DNA of 34,677 nucleotides from Rotaria socialis (Eukaryota): NCBI GenBank assembly GCA_905331295.1, contig CAJNYD010000408.1, positions 1 to 34,677 of the forward strand, read 5' to 3'. Shown piece by piece: positions 11,896 to 23,146 of this stretch (position 1 is its first letter; each line of letters starts with the position of its first letter). The notes under the pieces were generated by a model. It saw only the letters and a program-made list of their open reading frames with translations, ran no database searches and was not told where the DNA came from. The position numbers and the translations under genes were made by a program.

Positions 11896-12317
11896 AACTG
11901 TGACATTTGTATTTAAATATCATCATGACACTCAATAATTCGATTTTCATGGGTGAAGTTCATATTGAGAGTGCGATGAGAAACAGTCGAATCTACTAGT
12001 GTTCATGTTGTTTTTTGATTAAGAACATATTCTAATAAAAAACTTATATATAAAACGAATATGTGTTATTTTAACTATGCATTCTTCAATCGTTTATCCA
12101 CGTTGTTTCGAATTCGAATTTCTATTCTATTTGCATTCAGTGTACAAAAAGCTCGATCATAGCGTCGCTAATCTTTGAAACTGATATAGTGCGATGGTTG
12201 TTGTTTCTTTTCAATACCCGAACATGTTTACGTAACAGATATACATTTTTTGTGTTTTTATATCCTACCTACACAAACATATTGATATCTTGAGGTGAAT
12301 TGCCTGTAAAAGAGATA

Positions 12318-12372
12318 GGGTGTGAGTGTGGATATGGGTATGGGTGGTTGCCGACGGGTTTTGGATATGGGT
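12318..12372 (+). repeat. Degenerate (GGGTGT)n telomeric-like tract
   Basis: GGGTGTGAGTGTGGATATGGGTATGGGT...TTGGATATGGGT. Confidence 0.6.
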
Positions 12373-12726
12373 AAAGAAATAGCAGAGAGCACCAAGCCAA
12401 TTCTATCACTGATAAGAACATCATTGCCTGTTTTCAGAAACTGGTGCAAGGTAGGGAAAAAGACAGTGTAGCTATAGAGCAACATATAAACTCAAAGCAC
12501 GTCAAGACTTCTTCTGCATTGTGCATCAGATAGAAGTCAAAACGTATAAAAATACATGATACAGTAGTCAGTAGACAAATGGAGTATATCATTTATTTAA
12601 AAACATATCATAACTGATACTCTTGTGGTGTGGATAGAACGTGTATTTTTCGAAAGAAAGAGTGCGACTATTGTTAAGGACCATCTTCTTCTTAACTGCT
12701 CAAACTTGAAAGTTTCCACATGGTGC

Positions 12727-14129
12727 TCACAAAAATCTTCGTCTACAATTCTCGTACACACATGTCACAGGTTCGTCTTCTTCATGATCAGCATTTTTCC
12801 AGACGATGGAACCAGAACAGTGCGTACAAGCCAGCTGTTGGAATTTGCGCTTACAGTTTTCGTAGGGCCACGNNNNNNNNNNNNNNNNNNNNNNNNNNNN
12901 NNNNNNNNNNNNNNNNNNNNNNNNNNNNNNNNNNNNNNNNNNNNNNNNNNNNNNNNNNNNGTACACACATGTCACAGGTTTCGTAGGGACACGTTACAAC
13001 TGATCCTTCTTTGTGATCAGCATTTTTCCAGACGATGGAGCCAAAACAGTGCGGACAAACCACCTGTTGGAATTTGCGCTTACAGGTGTCGTAGGCACAC
13101 GTTACAACTGATCCTTGTTGGTAATCAGCATTTTTCCATGTATTAGAGCCAGAACAGTGGGGACAAGCTACTTGGTGAAATTTTCGCTTGCAATTGTCAT
13201 AGCAACATGTTACAAGATATCCCTCTGAATAGACAGCATTTTTGTACACAATATCTTTCGTACAATGAGGACACTTGAACGATGCTGTTTTCTTATTGCT
13301 AACGGCGACCCCTGAACGAAAATAGAAGTTTAGGGTTTGGTACACTGCTAGTAAAACGAAGAGAATCTCAAAGCGATCAATATGAAGGCTTACTCTGATC
13401 GATAATTTTCTTTGGCTTGCCTTCGTCGATATCTAAAAATATATAAACAATAGTTGTTTCAATTGAAAAGAAAGCAATAAGATCTTGAGTGTCATAAGCA
13501 TGAATCCATATATTTCAATAGCGAAACGGAATCCACATGTTTAATTGATTTCGTTTTGAAGTTAAAGTGCAACGTGCTTTCAAGTAGCATCTGAACTTAC
13601 TCATACTGGCCAATAAAGATTTGAATAATTTACGTCTGCTGCGATCGTTCATATAACTGATGAATTCGATTAAATCTCCTCGTCTGTCTTCTTGACGTCT
13701 GTTGTCTGGACTGCAATAATCCTTTATTAATTGTGTTACTGAATCCGTTGTCATTTTATCGGCTACCTCGGCAGCTTTAAGCACTCGATGTCCATCGAGA
13801 TGCATAACACATTTATCTATATTGTCAGTATCTATTTTTTGTAATAGATCATTCTTCATTTCTGCGACTGATTTTTGCAAATCATTGAATTTTTCCAATA
13901 AAACTTTGGCTTCTTGCCGGTTTGATTTTGCTGCATTGTCTACTTGCTGTTGAAAATTATTTATGTCAGTTTGTAAAGATTGAATTTGTCCGGCAACATT
14001 TGATTGCGACCCGCATTTTTGTAATTCATTAAGACGCTTTTCAAGACTTGCTATGCTCTCTTGTAAATGAATTATTTCTTGGTTGTCCGGATTTGGTTGA
14101 AATTGTGTGAAAGCAGATGGCATCGACAT
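12727..14129 (-). CDS. Uncharacterised protein with N-terminal coiled coil and C-terminal tandem 36-aa Cys-rich (zinc-ribbon-like) repeats
   Basis: Exons 14129-13601, 13432-13394 and 13347-12727. GT-AG introns at 13600-13433 and 13393-13348 give ...LLASM-NIDEGKPKKIIDQ-TVYQTLNF in frame. The repeat unit is VTCxYxxCKRKFQQVxCPHCxGSxxWKNADxxEGSV. An N-gap at 12873-12960 interrupts the array. Confidence 0.8.
12873..12960. other. Assembly gap (88 N) inside the 108-bp coding tandem repeat
   Basis: Run of N. The flanking bases 12961-12980 duplicate 12754-12773. Confidence 0.98.
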
Positions 14130-14344
14130 TATGTATCTAAAACCAAACGAGACACACGAACATATATTTATCTAGTATCTTATCAAAAATTCCAATAATT
14201 AAATGCTTAGCGATATTATCCGTTAATCGTTTTGTGATTTGGAAGTTTGTATATGAATGATTATTATTCTATGATATATTAAACTCACTTAAGGATTACA
14301 AGTCTGGTCGAAACTCACAAAATGAAAGCGGTACGTCATAGAAG

Positions 14345-17300
14345 ACACTCTCTTCATTCAACGCAAATCATACGCATCGATAGGTTATTTTTTCCCTCTC
14401 GTAAGAGTATACGTGAAGTGCACGTTTACACAGCGTGTGTATCTAACTATCTATTATAGATCACAATCAATTAATAAATAAAGTCACACAGATGGCATAC
14501 AACAATTACGTCAATATGCCAGCAGCTATGAAAGATAGAATGGTCGATGGTGCTGAAGTACATGAGCAAATTCGAACATTTAACAATGAAAACAAAGACA
14601 TAGGTATAGCTCGTACACCCAAGCGACATCATCCAGGTGAGCAAAGAAGTATAGAAGGTAATCAAACGGTGCTAATGAATGATGATGACGAAGAATTTGA
14701 AACTGTTACATATCAACGAAAAAATTTCAATGGGAACACAAAGATAAACACTGTGAAGAACAAAATGACGTCATATGCATGAATGATAAAACGAACGACC
14801 AACTACAAAAACAACCACATCAACAATATATGCAGAAAAGAAAAACAACAAATTGCTTACGCACGTTATACAATGGAGAAATGACAGCGATGCATCGTCA
14901 TCGATTAAGAAACACAGAAAAAGAAAGAACTGTCAAACAAATTGATCAGCAAGCTTACCTGATTAACCATGAACATGAACAAAAAACAAGCATTCCCAAT
15001 CACGCTCTTAATTGTGCTGTTGAACAACATTTATCACCGATAAATATAAAATGTGATCTAAAAGTAATCGACCAAAAGCAATGCACCATGCTAATAAAAG
15101 AATTAATTTTAAAAATCGAAAAAGCTTTAGGCATTTAAATAAAAACTATTTAAAACCACTCGGTTTTGAATACTAGTTTATAGATCGTGATGAAAACTTA
15201 CAGTATTTTACACACAACGTCGAACTCTTCGTGTTTTTATGCAACCCTCAAAATTATCCGGAAAAGTTATTAAATACAGCTATTCATCCAAATCCTCCAA
15301 AAAGACTTCCTCCACAACGGTCAGCTATACTCAAGTACGTACTAAAAGATACTCATATTGACGATATAAAAAAGGAAATATCTTCTAAATACAAATCACT
15401 ATTTAACATCGAAGAAATGCGAGGGACGATAGTTGCAAAAAATCGGCATATACGCATTGAACTATCGGAACACAATGAATATATAAACATATTAAATACA
15501 GGGACAATAGCATTCGAAGGTCAATTGATTGAAGTCTCTGCATTTCTTGCACCACCTCGACTATTAATATGTTCACGATACAACACACCAGGGCATTTAA
15601 AAAAGAATGCAAAAATGATGTTGATTTATGTCGAAGATGCGGTTCAAATAGAAACGAAGGTGAACACAGAGAATAACCACAAGAAATATTTGGCTCGCTC
15701 AAAGAGACGTTCAACAAGCAAGAGACCAATATAGCAAAAAGATATCAAGAACACAAATTAAAGTTAGGATCTATTTATCGGTAATGTCAGTACAAATTCA
15801 ACAACAAAACGAAACCATCAAATCGGTATTTACAACAATTACTGAACTCATTCCAATTGTAACACTTTCACTGGGAATATGCCAACAACTCAACTAATCG
15901 ACAAGTTAAGCTATCATTTGACACATCAACTTCACAAGTTCAAGCTTTAATCAATTTCCTTAATGAACAACATCAATTAGTATCAAGCAAACATTTGAAA
16001 TTCTTCGAAAGTTTTGAGAAGAACAATCAACTGCTACAACATGAAATTGAACTAATTACATCAACAAGTGAATAAAGATTTTTTTCTATTTTGTTGAGTT
16101 CCACATATCTCTCTCAATTTCTGACTCCTATCCTGGTTCAAAACAAGAAAAAGGAATTATATCTGAAATGATAAATGAATCGAATTCTCGTATTTGTATA
16201 TCCGACCTAAGTAAGAAATGGAAAAAGAACGACCTCCACAAAGTGATAGACCCAAATTAATGGAATGTCTAAATACACATATAGCAGATGTCGATATACT
16301 ACTAAGATAGCACAAACCACATATATGCTTACTAGCAGATGTTGGAACCGCAACAAAGAAAATGCCAAACTCTCCGGGTTATATTGTACTATCACAAAAT
16401 GGAGCGAATTCTTTTGGAGATGTAGCGATCTTATACCAAAGCTTTCTAAAATGCAAGATTATAGAAAAAGACAACAATTTCATATTGATGGAATTATAAA
16501 CATCAAAACAATCGATATACATAGGAACAGTGTATGTTCTTCCAGGCTCTCTACCACCTTTCCAGCTGTTCAACAAATGCAAAGACAAACCATCCTACGT
16601 TTTGGCGATTTCAATGCTACGCATACAACATGGGGATGTAACAAAAATAATGTAAGCGGAAATCATATATTCAACTGGTTAGAGAAAACAGGAAATGATA
16701 TAATTGTACCAGAAAAAGCAACATCCAAGAAATCTAACTCGACAATTGATTTCGGCATCACGCATGACGCGCAGGAATGGAATTCACAAGTGCTAGAAGA
16801 AGCTACATCTGACCATTGGCCGATTCTCTTTGAAACTCCTTTCACAATTGATGATACACTCTTCTTCAAATAAACTAACTGGCCATTATTCGTCTTCTTT
16901 CTCTCTACAATATACAAATATTGGAAATACCTTAGTTTATAATCTAGATACTGAATATTTTTTCTTACTATTCTCAGAATTTCTCAACGCCTTACAGGAC
17001 AGGTGTAGTGTGTACAAAAATGTCGAGAGCTTCAGGATGCCCTGGCCACCAAAGTTTGTGCTCCTGGCACGAACTGTAAACAAATACAGAGGAGCGTATC
17101 GCAGATCGCGTACAAGCTTTAATTTGGAAAGATATAGAACATGGAAAGAAGTATTTACTGCAAAAAGAGCATCTTATATAGAAGAACGCACAAAGACCAA
17201 GATGGAAAGAATTATCGAGAACAACAACATATAGAAGTACGCTAAGCCAAATTTTAAACCATTTGCACCGCCTTTTAAAGGCTTAAAGTACACATCAAGG

Positions 17301-19170
17301 AAAGATAACAAATCCAAAGGAAATTGCCGATACTCTTGCGAATCATTATGAACAGCACTTCTCAATACCCCAACATGACATGCGTAATCAAACACATCAA
17401 CAAGCCATAGATATTTTTAACAACCTGGCATATCTACCACCAATACCTCTAACACAAATAAAACATGAAGAAGTTCTACATGAATGGAAAAATATGCTAC
17501 CCAACAAATCGAGCGACAGTACCGGGACATCAGCTTTCATTCTAAAAAAGCTACCAATTGAATATGTTACAACAATAACCGTACTATTTAATAAATGTGC
17601 ATCGAATGGTGAATTTTTTGACGCAGCAAAAATTGCTAAAACTATTTGTCTTTACAAACCAGAATATTGTCAATAGTTGAAAATCTCCGACTTCCAATAG
17701 CAGCTTGTAATAAACCTGCACTAACAATATTTGTGGATTTTCTATCTGCATTTGATCGTATATGGTACCCGGCCTTAATTAAAAATCTAGAAGGTCTCGA
17801 TATGCCCCTAGCTTTACTAAAATGGATTCAGTCGTGGTTACAAAACAGATACCTATATATATCATATGGTGAAGCAAATTCGAAAACAATCAAGATGAAT
17901 GTTGGTGCTCCACAAAGTTCTGTTCTCGCAGCAACGCTGTTTAAACTACATGTCCACTTCCTCCTTTCGTTTTTAGCTGAATTTAATACACACTTGTTTG
18001 CAGATGACTTAGCAATAGTCATATCTGGCTCACTTGAAAAGCGCTTCTCATTCTCACTGAACATTGATGAAATAGAAGAACACGCAAAAGTAGTCATGAA
18101 AAAGCTGGAAAAATTCGCACAAGACACTCTACTTGCCATAAACGTGAACAAAACAAAAGCTCTACTAGTGCATAGTGTCGTATCACCTCGATATCCTACT
18201 ATCAAATACAACAACCAAAACATTGAATATACGTCAAAACTTTCAAATACTTAGGCGTATACATTTCGACGAAACTAGACTGGGGTCTATTCATAAACGA
18301 ACGCATAAGAAAAACAAGAAACATATACAAAGCACTACGCATAATTTTCCACACAATTACACCTTCAATAATTTCATTACGAAGAAAACGTTTTTAGCAT
18401 ACGCACTTCCTCAATTCTGTTGACTTTTCTGTACTTGGCTCTAGTATACGGAAAACCAAAAGAAATCAATGGAGTATATCTATGGTACTGGTATAAGAAT
18501 AGTATACTCGCTGAACAAATTGGATGATATTTCAACACTAATTCTATCCAGAGAAAAATGCCTATTTGAATATATCTACGTGTATTGGTGCCGTCTAAGC
18601 TACCACCTCAAAAAAGCACCAGATGCTATAACATTTCCACAATCTTGACAAGAATATGAGATAATTACATCGACCGATAAATCTTGGTACAAATCAATGA
18701 GTTTTCGGAAGAATAGTTTTTTTCCTAAAAGACTAGCTGAAAGAGCTCAACACACGATAGTAGAATGGCAAATATACGAAAATTTTTGGAAGGAGCAGCT
18801 TAAATATTTCAAAAACAATACGCATTACCTTAATTTATTTGTATACAAATTCTTCATGGAACCCCCATAGCCATAATACAATAATCAAATCAATATAAAA
18901 TATAATTCAGATAAATCTAAGCGAATACATAAACTAGGTAACAATTTAAAAGCAGGAATTGATTAAATCAATACTTGCACACAAATAATAAGCCATAAAT
19001 ACCTAAAAAGAAAAAGAAAAACAATTTAAATATACATATTATTATAAATTTCAAATGGAACAAGCGTAAACCAAATTGAGCGCGGTACATGTGCAGGATA
19101 AGCATACCCCATCAATGAAATCAATATCTAGCGGTTTATGAGCATACCATCATTAATAGAGAGGGAGAGA
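14345..19170 (+). mobile_element. Degenerate, near full-length non-LTR (LINE) retrotransposon, ORF1 + APE-RT ORF2; ends approximate
   Basis: ORF1 fragments at 14492-~16260 include a decayed zinc knuckle LICSRYNTPGHLKK. APE motifs FGDFNATHTTWG, STIDFGI and TSDHWPI lie at 16600-16830. RT motifs IFVDFLSAFDRIW, VGAPQSSVLA, LFADDL, INVNKTK and (F)KYLGV lie at 17730-18260, followed by a C-terminal region to ~18870. Many frameshifts and stops; no TSD seen. Confidence 0.9.
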
Positions 19171-19241
19171 AAATTCAGAATAGATATCCTATGTGAACGA
19201 AAAAGATGTGATAGGTGAATGAGAGTATTTATTGAAAAAAA

Positions 19242-20307
19242 TTAATTCACAGGAAAAAGAGTATTAACTTGTAGAATTAAATTTTTCAGTGGTGAGTCAC
19301 CGAATTCTTTTCTCCACATAAATTCTTTTAAATATGAATTAAGCAACGTTCGACTGAATCCACCTTGCTTTTTTTTTGCTTTCTTTTCACCAACATCCAA
19401 GTATTCTCTATATTTTGGATCCACAAAACTAACCGAATAGTTAACTGTAGCATATTGATACGCTGGATTGTGCTGTAACGCATGATAGGCTCTCCGTTCA
19501 TCAGAATGAATTGTTGTTCCTATAAAGAAGAACATCAATAGTTGCTAAAAATCAATTAAAAACAAGATTACCTGGTAACACGGAAGTTGTTAAAATTGGT
19601 AATAATGTTACAGCATCGCACTGTTCCACAGGTACCATAAAGCATTTTTTGGTATTGATATCAATACCGTCAAACACCCACTGGCTTTTTAACAGACGAC
19701 CGCTTTGATATTTACGTTTTCCAAAACAACTTTCGTCAATTTCAACGATATGACCGGGACCTGAATAAAATTTTCATGTTATTAGGAAAACAATTTACAG
19801 AGACATACCTCCTATTTGTTGAGGATTATTCACATAATTAATTGCGCATATGTCTCGGCAAAAATTTCTCCAGTCAATTATGCTATGCGGCGAATTTATT
19901 TTTAATTCATGGGATAATTGCTTTAATGAGTCCTCTTCTCTTGCCCAATAATACATTAATCCGAATATATGTCTCAAACTTAATTTAGAATTTGCGAAAA
20001 ATGTCCCATTTCTGATGGATCTTGTACTCTTACATTGACGACAACGAAAAAGATATCGCATAGAGAGAAAGAACAATTATTTAATTAGCATTCGTTTCAG
20101 ATTCATACCTTCATCACCCCTTTTCTCTACATATGTAAGATACCAATCATTGCATTTTTTATTGCAGCTACCAGTATCTTTTGTTTTTGTTGGTAAAAGT
20201 TGTAAATGTTGAAGAAATTGTATGATATTAAATTGAGTTATAATTAATTCATGAAATATTCTAAGATTCATGGTGTCAATGTCTTCAATATCAATAAAAG
20301 TAGCCAT
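19242..20307 (-). mobile_element. Merlin (IS1595/ISXO2-like) DDE transposase pseudogene with three introns
   Basis: Spliced product: zinc ribbon (CNKKC...FRCRQC), SIRNGTFFANSKL, DWRNFCRDIC, IGG-PGHIVEIDES, WVFDG, LPGTTIHSDERRAY, VNYSVSFVDP, out-of-frame QNIENTW, and YLKEFMWR. Introns at 20108-~20058 (acceptor decayed), 19808-19761 and 19571-19520. TIRs were not identified. Confidence 0.9.
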
Positions 20308-20326
20308 ACTTTTTTACAAGAATAAN

Positions 20327-20434
20327 CTTGACTTGACTTGAAATTTTCAAAAAATGACTTGACTTGACTTGAAATTTTCAAAAAATGACTTGACTTGACT
20401 TGAGTCGGAAAAAAGGCTGACTTGCCCATCTCTG
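20327..20434. mobile_element. One end of a hAT-like MITE with (GACTT)n subterminal repeats, truncated at an N
   Basis: Tandem TGACTTGACTTGACTTGAAATTTTCAAAAAA units end in GACTTGCCCATCTCTG (reverse complement CAGAGATGGGCAAGTC). There is a single N at 20326. Confidence 0.65.
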
Positions 20435-21319
20435 CTCTTCGTCTTTCGTACGTCTAAATTATGTCATAGTGTCGAGTTAAAAGCATACGAATCCAATGTG
20501 GATAATCACAATTATGATAACTTCAAAGACAAATGGATGATCTAGTAAAGCACGTTATTTTGTGTTTTAAATGAAAGGAGTCATAGTATACAACGATTGT
20601 CTGATGACAGTAACAATAGACAACTCAGAGAGCACGATGTATCGAGAGGAAAGAAAAAACATTTGCCTATGCAGTCTGTATTAACTTGTTGAGAACAAAA
20701 CTGGATGGAACACGATGGGTTTTTTTGTTGATTCGATGCAAAAATAAGAGATGATAGGGCGTGTGTTGTGTTGTTTTTTTCTTTTTTCCTCTACTGCACG
20801 ATATTTTTTTATACCCTTCTTAGGAATCAATACAACTATCATGCCAAGAAAAAACATATCTTGGGAGCGGAGACGAGCATAAAAGTCCATGATTACGTTG
20901 TCAATATTTATAGAGCAGAAGAGAACGCGATGAAAAAAAATTGGTGCTGTCGCTTCAGTTCCATATGTATGATATAGACAGTGAATCACTATTACTAATT
21001 TTATCTTTCTGTGTAGCAAAGGTAAATTAGGTGATAGTACGTTTTTGAATTTTCATGAATATGTTTTCAGTTTAGAAAAAAGTCAAAAAATCTTATACAC
21101 ATGAATAAAAGATTTTCAAACGCTACTCTGACACTCGGCTACGTGAGCCCGTTGACTTTTGAGAATAACATACTCGCATACAATAAGAAAAAAGTATGAA
21201 AAATCATCCATTTCTTTATAGAATTATTATCCAAAAAGAAAGCTTGTCACTACTAATTCAATTTATTTTGACGTTTCTAGATTGTGACAATTAATGCAGC
21301 AGACCACTGCCACATATAA

Positions 21320-22585
21320 TACATCTACTAATTTTAGTACTGGACAGTGTTTATCATTCGAATTAAAGCAGATAGCTGTTTGAACGAATTTACTTCAAAA
21401 ATTTAATATACAAGAGTCTAGATCGATTTGGATTACTCAATCGGATGATTATCAATTGGCATTACATTGTGAAGATGGACTACGACTCCTTCAATATTCA
21501 CAACGCTACAATGAATGGCAACAATTGATGCTTTTCGAAAACTTTTGTGATAAAAATGGATTCAACAAAGCATGTTATTCTCTGAAATGGTGGAAAATAC
21601 CGCACTTAAACAAAGGAATCTTGATTTACAGAAAGAACTTCGATGGGGTTCATTCTATGGAGCAGATATTCCACTGGGATTGTTCACTCGACACATTAAA
21701 TACGGTGTTCGTTTTTATATATTAAATCCAAGCGGTTTTCAGAAAAACCAACGCCCTATATGGGAAGATACCAGTGCGAATCAATCAATATGGCACGTTA
21801 CCGATAGTGATCACTTCGAGTTTGCCGATATTACAGGAACTGGTGCCCTAAATATTATTCGTCGCAATGATGAAGGACTTTCAATTTATGGTTTTAAAAT
21901 GATCAATGAAGTCTTTACTCTCGAACAATTGATCAACACTAATCTATGTAACAAAGATTCAGGGTGGCGACCAACACTAGACAAATTATGGTTTGTCCGT
22001 TTGGCAAAAAGTCGTATTTTTAATTTGATATTATTACAATCGGATGTCTTGAGAGTTTATGAATATAACGAAAAAGAAAAATGCTTTGCTTGTCTGCACC
22101 ATGATACATCTATGGCAGAACGATTTGGATGGAGGAAAGAACATCCAGATTCTTTGCTATTTGGTGATATCAATGAAAATGGCCGTATGCAAATGATCTA
22201 TACGGGACCTCGAGGATTGACAATATGTTCTTTTAATGTTGAAACTCGTAAATGGGAAATTAATTTAAATCCTGATGAATTAAACATCGAAAGCAGGTAT
22301 GCCAATCCTTTGATGTTTTCTTCCTGCTGGCAAAAGTCCAACAAAAACATCCGTATTAATTACAACACAACATGAAAAATTACATTGTTTCACAATTAAG
22401 AACAAACTTGTTCGATCACATATGCCCAAAGACTCAAACGAGAGCTCTTCTCACAGTGTTGAATCGAACCAACAACTGTTACAACAAAGACTTATTCCAC
22501 CACCTGGTGAATCTACAATTCCATCAAAGATTGTTGCATTTTTATGTGATACTCTCGATATTAAGCCGCTGATGTCAGCCGTCAA
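21320..22585 (+). pseudogene. FG-GAP/VCBS-like beta-propeller repeat protein pseudogene, 3'-truncated
   Basis: Repeated units FEFADITGTGALNIIRRNDEGLSIY and LLFGDINENGRMQMIYTGPRGL, with GW motifs between them. In-frame TGA at ~21381 and frameshifts at ~21630 and ~22318. The frame runs into (GGGTGT)n at 22586 with no continuation seen afterwards. Confidence 0.6.
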
Positions 22586-22613
22586 GGGTGTGGGTGTGGG
22601 TGTGGGTGTGGGT
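22586..22613 (+). repeat. Perfect telomeric-type tract (GGGTGT)4GGGT, left arm of a hairpin element
   Basis: Read directly from the sequence. TGTGGG is the telomeric repeat reported for the bdelloid Adineta vaga. Confidence 0.9.
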
Positions 22614-22967
22614 TAGACCTACGACAGTTCCATATTAGTTCCGATCTTCGGAACTGTCTCACAAGTTCTTTGATCGGAACTGATCTGTGTAAAACAGCAC
22701 CGTGATCATCTATATGGGCAGGGCTGCAACAGTTCTCGATAAGGAACTGCTTGTTATGCCACAGTTCCTGAAGAAGAACTGTTCTGTGAAAACAGTTCTC
22801 GAAAAAGAACTGTTTTGTGAAAACAGTTCCCGAAAAAGAACTGTTCGGAGGATATGGTTCCCGAAAAGGAACTGTTATGTGGCGAGAGTTCCAGAAAAGG
22901 AACTATGTATTGGGTACAGTTCTTTGAAAAGAATCGGTTCCAAGAACTGAGAGCTGTCGTAGGTCTA
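22614..22967. mobile_element. hAT-type MITE (354 bp) with 8-bp TSD
   Basis: TIRs TAGACCTACGACAGTTC / GAGCTGTCGTAGGTCTA (16/17 match). TSD GTGTGGGT at 22606-22613 and 22968-22975. The interior is built of ~30-bp CAGTTC...GAACTG mini-palindromes. Confidence 0.9.
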
Positions 22968-23015
22968 GTGTGGGTGTGTCTTGCTTATATACATCTACAC
23001 CCACACCCTCAAGAT
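22968..23015. repeat. Right part of the telomeric-arm hairpin element
   Basis: GTGTGGGTGT-GTCTTGCTTATATACATCT-ACACCCACACCCTCAAGAT. The last 19 nt are the exact reverse complement of 2592-2610. Confidence 0.85.
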
Positions 23016-23146
23016 AGTATTTCTTTGATAATTACTAATATTTGAAGAAAAAATTATCTTTATCGACAATATTTCAGCTTTCATGCTTTATATATTACCA
23101 GAATAGATGATAACGGCAGATAAATTCTACATTTCAATTCATCGTA

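Noticed and set aside
12625..13146. Plus-strand ORFs across the N gap
   Set aside because: They are antisense to the Cys-repeat gene and are extended artificially by the Ns.
20681..21019. ORFs 20681-21019 (-) and 20768-20977 (+)
   Set aside because: Low complexity, with no motif or splice support.
22620..22950. CRISPR-like array of short palindromic repeats
   Set aside because: The units are degenerate, have no unique spacers, are enclosed by TIRs and a TSD, have no cas genes nearby, and sit in eukaryotic DNA.
22702..23045. ORFs with KELL/KRNC repeats
   Set aside because: They are translations of the MITE's internal repeats.
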